Assembly (NCBI RefSeq): GCF_006345805.1
Contig: NW_021832829.1
Span: 587,712-651,711 of the forward strand
Direction: 5' to 3'
Length of the DNA: 64,000 bases
Source of the DNA: Octopus sinensis
Lineage: Eukaryota
Below the pieces are notes generated by a model, which saw nothing but the letters and a program-made list of their open reading frames with translations, made no database searches and was not told where the DNA came from. How positions within the stretch are numbered: the first letter of the stretch is position 1; every line of letters begins with the position of its first letter. Position numbers and translations under genes: made by a program. This document shows, piece by piece, positions 50,330 to 59,634 of this stretch.

Positions 50330-50520
50330 CTGGAGAACGAAATTGTCAAGTGAGCCTTGGAGTCTGCAGGATACCCCGCCGTACTTAAACCAGTTGGGGT
50401 TGACAGAGGAGATTGAAAACGTCCTGATGAGATCACAATTTTTTCATTTGAAGAGGGGAAACCTCTAGTCTGGGACGCAACATGTGTTGACACTCTCTGC
50501 CCGTTCAACATTGCCGGAGC
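50330..50520 (+). mobile_element. CRE-like endonuclease fragment
   Basis: [35 protein letters not shown]. Confidence 0.75.
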
Positions 50521-51680
50521 GCAGTGGACAGACTGTATGCTGCGAATTCGAGCCGAGTGAGTACGATGAAATGGACCTTATTGTCCGAAGAGTACTCCGA
50601 GAGAATCACGTCCATGTGTTGGCAAGCAATAAGGAGAGATTGTACTTGTCTCGCGGGCAGCTAGGACGTAAACTGAATAACATCGTACACTTAAGTGAGC
50701 GAATTCTTACTAAGATGCACGACACCTTGTGGAGTGGGTCGAGTGTATCCAAAGGAAGGCTGCCATCCTTGCTGCTGAAAAAGCACGTAGTGCACACCTA
50801 GGGACCATAAAAGGCTATGTGTCGGCTAAGTATGGTCTAGGTGCTACCCAAGTTAATGTGAAGGAGTTGATCAAACTTCAAAAGGAGTCTCTAATTAAAA
50901 AGATCAACATAAAAGTCCTTCACAAGACTCTCTTTAGCAGCCTGGACAACCCGCACATTGACGTATCGTCGTCATCAACGTGGCTGAAATATGGAAATAA
51001 CTCTCCCCGATCTGAAGGGTTGTTCTCATATTTGCAGGATAGAAACTTTTTTAATGGTCAACAGAAACAGTGTAACCACTGTAAGAGTAAGGCAATGACC
51101 GTTGACCATTTAGCCACGAAGTGCGGGAGTATGCTTTACCATGATTACACATGGAGGCATAACGAGGTGGTAAGGTCCCTCCATCTTTTGCTCTGCAATA
51201 AGTACGGCTTGAGGCGGTCCAGAAAAAGTGCGAACCCATCGAGTTCAATCGGTGTGTGAGAACTCGCGGGTGTGCATTAAGGTGGATACCCCCATACGCA
51301 CCTCGATTGTTGTCCAGCACAACAGACCCGACATTGTGGTCCGCGATAAGGTCACCGGGGAGATTGTTATCGTGGAGGTGGGCATCACGTGCCTAGACCG
51401 TTTGCAGATAGTGGAAGTGGAGAAAAGGAGGAAGTATGACCTCCTTGCAAACGAGCTAAAACTGATGCACCAGTGCAAAGTCCATGTCATTCCGTGTGTG
51501 ATGACATGGGATCGACTGGTCACCAAATACCACAAGACAGTTGGATGTAGATAAGTCTCTACAGGCTTATATACAGTCAACTGTTCTTAAGAGGACTCTG
51601 GAAAGTGTCTCGTTTGATGCTCGCCGATCCAGCCCTTTCCTGACGTTTAGTCAGCAAGAGGCGCTGGACTGCACCTTCTC
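50520..51680 (+). mobile_element. R4/Dong-like RLE non-LTR 3' half (zinc knuckle + endonuclease), frameshifted
   Basis: CNHCKSKAMTVDHLATKCG..WRHNEVVRSLHLLLC and HNRPDIVVRDK..IVEVGITC..EKRRKYDLLANEL..VIPCVMTWD. Confidence 0.9.
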
Positions 51681-51729
51681 GAAGGTCTACAGTGCCAGAG
51701 AAGTTTTTTATATAAAGATTTAATCAATC

Positions 51730-52290
51730 AGTCAAAAGATGGATATCTTCAACAAGCAATTCCAATGGAAGATTTGGGAAATATTTTAATATGACCAAAA
51801 CAAATATTCCGTCGTTCAAATTAAGGGATGTCCATTTTCTAACTTTTTTTGAAACTTTGGGATTTAAACTGCCTAGTGAGACACATTCCAGAGATCTTGT
51901 TTCCACTATTTTTGTGAAACAGGTTGAAAATAGCAACGCTCTTTATGAAATGATATGTACTGATGATCTTAAAAAATACTATTCGACCTTATTGAAAATT
52001 AATATGAGGCAAATAATCGCATATGTGGGAGAAGCATCGAGTCGAGCAACAACAACAATTGTTGGATGAAAATAAACGAACAGAGAACATGTTTTCATGA
52101 AATTAATTCAAAAAAAATCAGAATTAATTGATAAGCATGTTTTTGCTTTAATGGATCTTGAAATGAACGGAATTGAGGATAATGATATTTTGTATAATGG
52201 AAATGATGAAATTGAAGGGTCCGATTTAAAAGATTCAATGAGAATAATTAATGATGTTGAAACTTCCTTATTCAACACTTGACCTGAAGG
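51730..52290 (+). mobile_element. Probable degenerate hAT-related (CGGBP1-like) transposase fragment
   Basis: NIPSFKLRDVHFLTFFETLGFKLPSET..R resembles the NIP..KL....F..F....IPSESTLR motif. Confidence 0.45.
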
Positions 52291-52496
52291 ACTCAAAAAA
52301 TACTATGAATTCAAGATAAAAATGTCAAGATTCTAAGAAATAAATATAATACTGGATTCAAAATAACTGATTATTTTTCATAGAATAAATTAATTCCTCT
52401 TTATTAATACGAAAAAACATATTTTATTATTAAAAAATAGAGATATTTGCTTTTAAAATGTAAAAATTATATATACCTCTATCTTAGGGGCACCCT

Positions 52497-52630
52497 AATT
52501 CAAATTGATGCTACAACTATAAAAAAAATAATCAATAAAATAGTGGAAAAAGATCGGAATACTAAAAAAATCCAAATAGACAATAGAATTAAATTTAATG
52601 TAAAAAGTTCTTATGAATGGAGATTAATTA
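52497..52630. repeat. Dispersed repeat also present at 63878-64000 (part of an integrase-element 3' region)
   Basis: Shared ATTGATGCTACAACTATAAAAA...GAATGGAGATTAATT. Confidence 0.85.
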
Positions 52631-53124
52631 ATTGATAAAGTGAATATAAATTCGCTTGCAAAATAAACTTTATCCAGGATATTTTACCAGTAGTCAAATT
52701 AATTAATCTTCAAACAAATAAATAAACAAAAATATTAAACAATAAAACATTAATAGCGAGATAAAATGAAATAAAAATTAACAACCAAATGCACAACAAA
52801 AGAAAAAAAACATTAATAACACGTGATAATTTATTTCAATTAATTCGATAAATTTCGAACATTTAAAAAATTATATAAATAACATTTAATATTGTCAGTC
52901 ATTTTGAATTCAATTAGGTTTATTCTATAAGTTTTTAAATATAAATTGGAATTTTGAATAATTATTTTTTAATTGTGATAAAAAATCATACTATAAAGGC
53001 TATTTTTAATTTAAAATTCCATTTTTAATGCTAATTTAAAGTGCTTTCAAAACATTTATTAATGTCACTCATAAAATGGAACCTTTATTAATAAAAAGGA
53101 ACTAATTAACTAAGCAATTTTTCT

Positions 53125-53430
53125 AAGTCCAGCGCATCAAATGAGAAACTCTCCAGAGTCCTCTTAAGAACAATTGACTTTATGTAAGCCTGTAAAGACT
53201 TATCTACACCCAACTGTCTTAAGTACCGCTTGTGGTATTTTGTGACCAGTCCATCCCATGTCATCCTTCACATTTATTTGGGTAGCACCCAGACCATACT
53301 TAGCCGACACATAGCCTTTTATGGTCCCTAGGTGTGTACCACGCGCTTTTTAAGCAGCAAAGATGGCAGCCTTCCTTTGGGATACACTGGACCCACTCCA
53401 CAAGGTGTCGTGCATCTTAGTAAGAATCTC
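53125..53430 (-). mobile_element. Internally deleted copy of the 50520-51680 R4/Dong-like subfamily
   Basis: Matches about 50700-50865 joined directly to about 51500-51625. Confidence 0.88.
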
Positions 53431-53494
53431 ATTAAATGGTAATAAATTAAATTAATTCAAATAAAATATTTTGCAATCCATATAGTATTTTTTA

Positions 53495-53780
53495 CAGCCT
53501 ATACGGATTCCAGTCATCGAGATTTACAGGTGATATGCTGTGATGACATCGATGGTTTTGTGCAATACATCAAAAGCACGAAGGGGTCACTGGCATCTAA
53601 GACATAAATATGTTCTAGGCCTTTAGCTTTATACACAGAGGGAGACTTCACAATACTTTGGAAAATTTGGTTGAGGGGGACAGTGTCAGAATGATCCGTC
53701 TATTACTCAGAGTGTACGTCTTGGTAATCAGAGGTTTCTTCCTATTTGAGACAACGTTGTAGTACCGCGGGGAGATTCCT
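53495..53780 (+). mobile_element. RTE-like RT remnant (same family as 45290-46620)
   Basis: GFQSSR..GDML..HRWFCAIHQK..ENLVEGDSVRMIRLLL. Confidence 0.7.
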
Positions 53781-54344
53781 AGTCATCAATACTTTTTGTG
53801 ACATATTTGAAGGCGGCACTCAGAGAATTCAGACTATTGATTGGCAATAACTTACAATTCAGCAAAAAATTGAATTTTTCGCTGTCACAGAATTGCTGAT
53901 AAATTTTCTCAATTGTTTCGAAAATTTGAAAAGGATATTTCGAAGATGCACGCCAAAATTTTCGCATAAAATAAACGTGTCAATTCATTTACAAAAACTT
54001 TAAAACAGCTTCATATCCGGATCTTGATGAGAAGTTTATTGAGTGGATGAATTGATTGGAATCAAAAGGTCTCATTCAAGCAAATTAATTCTGAACTTAC
54101 AAAAATTTTATAGCGCAATTTGTTGACGATTCAATCCGAAATCTTATTGTCGAAAGGGAAAATTTTATGTTTTTTATTTGTGATGTTGCCAGGTATATGA
54201 AGGCCGGTATTGTTTTAATCCATTTACGATTTAGCCGGGAAAATTTTGACCATCTATGTTGTAATCTTTTCCATATTAATTGCGAAGCCTATATTTTACA
54301 TAATTTTTCAATGGGAGGTCAGAAAATCTTATCCAGGAGTTGAT

Positions 54345-54776
54345 GGCCCTCTTGGCTGAAGAGTATGCCCTGGATACTGGAATTCAGCCGTCGTGGGTTC
54401 GAATCCAGAAGAGGCTACTTTGGAGTCGGGGTTAATCTCGTCGAAGTTCCTTTGCCCGTGAGGTGACGAGTACATCTGGCACGACACAGTATGTCAAAAA
54501 GGGATCTCCTTCCTATCCGGCCTTAGAAAGGCGTTACGTGGTCTACCAAATTCACTTGGAGATTTCGACTGGATTTGGAAACGCCGAGGGGGCACCTAAT
54601 GCTCACCGAAAAAGGACCAATAGCTCTCCTACCCCCTGGGACATCGTCGTCGCAGGACGATGCACTTTGCATAGGATTGAACCTTTCCGGAAGATCTCCG
54701 TCGAAGTGCGTCGGGATCACACGCTAATTAGTTCGGTCTTAACTGTGGTCTTGGTGTTTAATAAATAAATAAATAA
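54345..54776 (+). mobile_element. tRNA-derived SINE, copy 1
   Basis: A-box-like TGGCTGAAG and B-box GGTTCGAATCC. Acceptor-like pairing GCC(C)TCTT/AAGAGGC. The body ends with a LINE-like GGGATCAC..TTGGTGTTT and an (AATA)n tail. Confidence 0.8.
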
Positions 54777-55208
54777 TGACGTGGCTGAAGACTAAGCTAT
54801 GGATAATGGATTTGGACAGTCGTGAGTTCGATTCCGAAGGAGGCCAGTTTTCATCCTGGGGCCAATTCTCGTTATCGTTCCCCTGCCCGTGAGGCAACGA
54901 GTACTTCTGGCACGACACAGTTGGAAATGGGGATCTCTTACCTTCCGGTCTTAGCGTGGCGTTATGGGGTCCACCATGTCAGTTGGAAAATTCCATTCGG
55001 ATATGGCAACGCTCAGGAGGCACTTAATGCCTACCGAAAAAGGACTTCTAGCTCTCAGACCCTGGGACATCGTCGTCTCAGGCCGATCATGCGGGCAGGA
55101 TCGAACCTTTCAGAAGGATCTCCCTCGTTTGGATCGGCGATCACGGGAATAACTATAATTAACTGGCTTTGCCCGTATTTGGTCTTTAATAAATAAATAA
55201 ATAAATAA
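54777..55208 (+). mobile_element. tRNA-derived SINE, copy 2 (diverged, head-to-tail with copy 1)
   Basis: GTGGCTGAAG A-box and GAGTTCGATTCC B-box. Colinear with copy 1 along its full length, with an (AATA)n tail. Confidence 0.8.
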
Positions 55209-55479
55209 TGACGTGATAGCCAACGTACAGAATTGTCTTAAGAAGAACCAATCATTGCTGTTGTCATCGTTTTCAGTTGCTTTTCACCTGAAGAAAGACT
55301 TCATAAAATGGATGATCTGGTGCGTAGCGCCGGTTTAGGGATGGCAACAGGTCCTAGTATAGGCGCTAGATGATTATGTATTTAAACAGTTAAATATATA
55401 AATCGTTAAATATAAAAAAATTTATTGGTACTTGTGGATTTCATGCATCACGAAATAAGGCTCTAAATAAATTAATGAT

Positions 55480-55930
55480 ATTTTTTTTTGAATAATAGAT
55501 CCAGGGTGCAATCATCGAGATACCAAAGATTAAGGGGTGATTCATTAACCCGAGCAATGGCATCCACGACAAGAGCAAGCAGTAATGGTCCCAAAGGATC
55601 ACCCTGTTGGACGCCACAGAACGAAGAAATTAAGATTAAAAGTGATGGAAGCGAGTACGAAAGCAATATAAAAAAGGAAGCAAGTGTGGAACACGGTCTT
55701 GACATACCTCCAACAAATGCCCATGGTCCAGAGAATTGAAAGCATTAGTTACATCCAGTTTCAATAAGGCAAGGGGAATATTGGAACGAGTAGAAGCGTG
55801 AATAAAACAACGACAAGCATGGACAGAAGACTCGCAGCCGCCAGGAACACCCACACCCAACTGAATGGTGATTTTATGAAAATAAATTGGTCTCGATTTT
55901 CGAATATTCATTCTATTGCTACAATACAAC
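55480..55930 (-). mobile_element. CRE-like non-LTR RT fragment
   Basis: GVGVPGGCESSVHACR..LLKLDVTNAFNSL and CGVQQGDPLGPLLLAL..NLWYLDDCTL. Confidence 0.85.
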
Positions 55931-55999
55931 AATGTGTCATACTGCGTTTCAATTTAGCTATTCGTTGCAGGGAAATCAGTACCCGCTCTTGAGGTGATT

Positions 56000-56175
56000 T
56001 ATCACTGTCTTTCCACGAGCCCGCACAGGATCGCACCAGGTGGGAACCTGTTTTCCCATAAACCGGATAGGCTTCTGAGCGCGTTCATTTTTTCAAGAAC
56101 GTTGTATGCGTGCGGGGAGAAGCAGAGGTCTATCCCTGGAACCGTCTGACTTCTGTAGAAGGGTACGGACACATT
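56000..56175 (-). mobile_element. Internally deleted fragment of the 30570-31625 LINE family
   Basis: Shares VPFYRSQTV, LCFSPHA and GGTGCGATC..GGGCTCGTGGAAAGA with the 31k copy. Confidence 0.75.
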
Positions 56176-56189
56176 GGATGCTTTTGAGT

Positions 56190-56640
56190 TTTCTCCATCA
56201 TAATTCAATTGAAAAAAGGCAGACTTTTTTAGAATTAAAAAAGAATTTTGAAATACTAACACCCTACCGTCAATCTCCAATAAAAATATATCTCAAAAAT
56301 GTCTCTGGATTATCTTATTCCTATAAAGTTGAAGAGATAATCGCAAAACTGTATGCATTATTATTTAAAATTATGGGTAATGCCCATTCGATTGGAGAAA
56401 ATGTCATCCATCCTTGTTTAAATTTATTTATAAAAGATATCTTACAAAAAGATTTTCGAATATTATAAAGACTATTCCATTAATTAACGACACTATACGA
56501 AGAAAAATTAATAAAATTTCTAATGAAATTCAACAATCCTTAATTTTATTTCTCAGAGAATGCAAGTTTTCAGTCAAACTTGACGAATCAGTTGTTGTTG
56601 ATAACCAGTCAATTTTTATAAATACTTTTACATTTTATAA
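56190..56640 (+). mobile_element. hAT Buster/ZBED5-like transposase fragment
   Basis: SYKVEEIIAK..HSIGENVIHPC..IPLINDTIRRKINKIS..KFSVKLDES. Confidence 0.78.
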
Positions 56641-57343
56641 ATATTATAGGTCCTATCTCGTCTTGATAATCAGGTTTCCCAAGCCCTTGAGTTGCTGGTT
56701 AATATCAAATTCAAACCTGGTGACATATTGCGTGTCAATTTATTTATTCTTTTCGAGGGTTTCTTGGGGTGATTTATCTTTGCCATGTTACCCATTATCG
56801 TTGTACGGTGCAGGACTACAATTTTGACGAATGGGTTGTAAGAAGAGGGTTGGTAGAATTTTTCGCCATACTTTACTTAACGACGTTGTCAAATGGGCTC
56901 GAGAGTCGGAAGGTTTTTCCTTCACACTAGAGCCTGTTGGCCTTTCAGAGAGTGACGGTAAGCGTTCTAACAGGGTGACTACTCTTCCTTTTAGGGAAGG
57001 CAAGTCCCTGGTTTGAGATGGAATTTTCGACGACTCTTCTTCTGCGATAATGCTACCAAGGACTGGCAAGAATCCGGGCTTCGCCAGGGTTTAGACTGAA
57101 GAGTCAAAGAGGATGAAATACCTGTGTATTTTGGATGCTTTTGAGTTTTCCCCTTTCGCCTTTGAAACCTCTGGAATCGTCGGCAGGCTTTACTCAACTC
57201 TTCACTGATAGTCGAAAAAAACAATCGAAGTTAAATTTTAGATACAACTGCGAGACGAGATGTAATTTTTGAAACAGGTGTGTTATTTGTTTATAAAATT
57301 CAAGATCAGCGTAAGAGTTTTTTCTGAAAAACTGAACACGAAT

Positions 57344-57576
57344 TTAATTAGTAGCAGAGGATAAAATGGAATGGCAATTCCCACACAAGATTGCTATTGA
57401 TATGCGTTGGAGAAGCCATGTCCGTTCCCGATGATCATTTCTCCTTCTGCTTGCCAGGTCCCCCAGTTTAATGAGGAATTTTTTAGTTCTGGGACCGAGG
57501 ACTCCCGACGTCTCCACTGCGATCGGGGCAAAGATACGACGGTGAGATAATGCACTGTATTTCTTGATTTTTAGCG
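57344..57576 (-). mobile_element. CRE-like non-LTR C-terminus
   Basis: KIKKYSAL..FAPIAVETSGVLGPRTKKFLIKLG..ERTWLLQRISIAILCGN. Confidence 0.85.
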
Positions 57577-59026
57577 TTGCGGTTATAACTAATGAAGGTT
57601 CCCTCCTTCTATTTTTCAATAAAATATTTTAAAATAAAAATATATTAATAAGCTCACATTGGATGACAATAAATAAACAATACGTGTGTATATTAAACGT
57701 GCATTGTGGTATGCTCTAATTTCTTTACATGTCTCATTATAAATAATCATAATATAAATGCCCTACTTGAATAATCATAATATTCTGGATTTTAAACACA
57801 ATTCCAAAATTATTAAAGACAGCGAAAGTTATGTGTCCTGTCTATACCTGATGTATACTCATATTACGGTAAATCCTGAAAATCAAAATAATTGTGTTAA
57901 TCATGTTGAAAATACATCAATGTTGGGGCATTTAACCGTCGAATAGAAACATTAGTTCACAACTTATGTAACCCGGTTAAAATACAACCGCAAAAATACT
58001 CCAACAGCAGATTTGTAAGGTTTTTTATCAAAAAATATGTTTATCATATTTAAAATACATCAATGTTGGGTCATTTAATGAGCTAATAAAATGTTCACTC
58101 ATAACTTTGTACCACTTGTAACAAAGTTATAGTCTTTTTAAAATATAAATTTCTAACGTAAGGTTTTAAAAAGAATATAATCGCACATTTTTATTATAAA
58201 ATGTTCACTCATAACTTTGTGCCACTTGTAACCAAGTTATAGTCTTTTTAAAATATAAATTTCTAACGTAAGTTTTAAAAAGAATATAATCGCACATTTT
58301 TATTATAAAATGTTCACTCATAACTTTGTGCCACTTGTAACCAAGTTATAGTCTTTTTAAAATATAAATTTCTAACGTAAGGTTTTAAAAAGAATATAAT
58401 CGCACATTTTTATTATAAAATGTTCACTCATAACTTTGTACCATTTGTAACCAAGTTATAGTCTTTTTAAAATATAAATTTCTAACGTAAGTTTTAAAAA
58501 GAATATAATCGCACATTTTTATTATAAAATGTTCACTCATAACTTTGTGCCACTTGTAACCAAGTTATAGTCTTTTTAAAATATGAATTTCTAACGTAAG
58601 GTTTTAAAATAAATACAATCGCACATTTTTATTATAAAATGTTCACTCATAACTTTGTGCCACTTGTAACCAAGTTATAGTCTTTTTAAAATATAAATTT
58701 CTAACGAAGGGTTTTAAAAAGAATACAATCGCACATGTTTACTATGTTCATTATACTCACACTTATTTACGACACAATTCTTCAAGTCGGGAGCGTCGTC
58801 ATTTCTTTCTGTCTATTTCAGCTGGTATTTATGCATATGCTAATAATCTCAAGTTTTCTCACTCGTCTCACACTAAGCTCATTCCACCAGGAGTATCGAC
58901 GAGACCATTGCCAACATAGTAGCCCACATACATGAAGCGATGGAGTGATGCATTTTGAATTCTGCTGTTTAAATGACCACGAAGTACGCTTTTGCTCATA
59001 AAGCCCACATTTCATGCCACCCTAGA
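57577..59026. repeat. Unclassified interspersed repeat, copy 2 (six internal 109-110 bp units at 58086-58743)
   Basis: Units start at 58086, 58196, 58305, 58415, 58524 and 58634. The unique parts are colinear with 41771-42767. Confidence 0.92.
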
Positions 59027-59132
59027 TTACTTATTTAAATTATATCAATTGACAAAAATTGAGTCATATTTTAAAATATTTTTTTGGTTGAGCCTGTAGA
59101 TATGTCCGTTCTTTTAGCAACCTTCTGTCAAA

Positions 59133-59634
59133 AACTCTTTCCGATTATTTAATAACAGTTAAAAATACAAATCTTTACAATACCTTATAGAACGGGGGTG
59201 TCAAAGATACGGCCCAAATGGCCCGCGGTAAAAGTTTAAAAGTGTATTTAAAATCATTTAACACCAAATAAAAATACAAGAATCTAGATTCTAGAATATA
59301 AATAAAAATGAAAACATTATTACTTAAAAAATAATTAATTGTTTTTTGGATTTATATTATTCTAATTGTTTTTCTTGTCTTGTGCTGATGCCTTTTTCAA
59401 CAAAACGCAAAGTTGATACAGAATGCAGATCTTTTCAAAAAAGTGGAAACTGGAATATTTCTTTGCCGATTTAAATCGGAAACCTACCTGTTTGGTCTGT
59501 AGACAAGAAATTTCAGTTGTCAAAGAATATAACATTCGACGACATTACCAACCCACCATGCTCATGAATACAATAATTTGATGGTAAAAATTAGAAAAGA
59601 GAAGAAATTGATGTCAAGTTTCTGGAACATATTT
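59133..59634 (+). mobile_element. hAT (SPIN/Charlie) 5' end truncated by a Ginger-like insertion
   Basis: CGGGGGTGTCAAA..CGGCCC terminus; CRSFQKKWKLEYFF..PTCLVCRQEISVVKEYNIRRHY. Confidence 0.8.

Noticed and set aside
54345-54415. Functional tRNA gene
   Set aside because: The D- and T-arms are imperfect, the anticodon loop is irregular, and it is fused to a repeated body with an (AATA)n tail, so it is a SINE head.
54430-54510. HDV-like self-cleaving ribozyme in the SINE core
   Set aside because: The helix order is suggestive, but there is no G at the cleavage-site position and no G(G) for P1.1, and the candidate catalytic C is absent in copy 2. Kept only as a structured core.
54463-55196. 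ORFs 54463-54768 and 54822-55196 as paralogous protein genes
   Set aside because: They lie inside the SINE bodies. The similarity is at the DNA level and the frames are not consistently conserved.
58086-58743. CRISPR array
   Set aside because: The units are near-identical over their full 110 bp with no unique spacers, there are no cas genes, and the context is eukaryotic.
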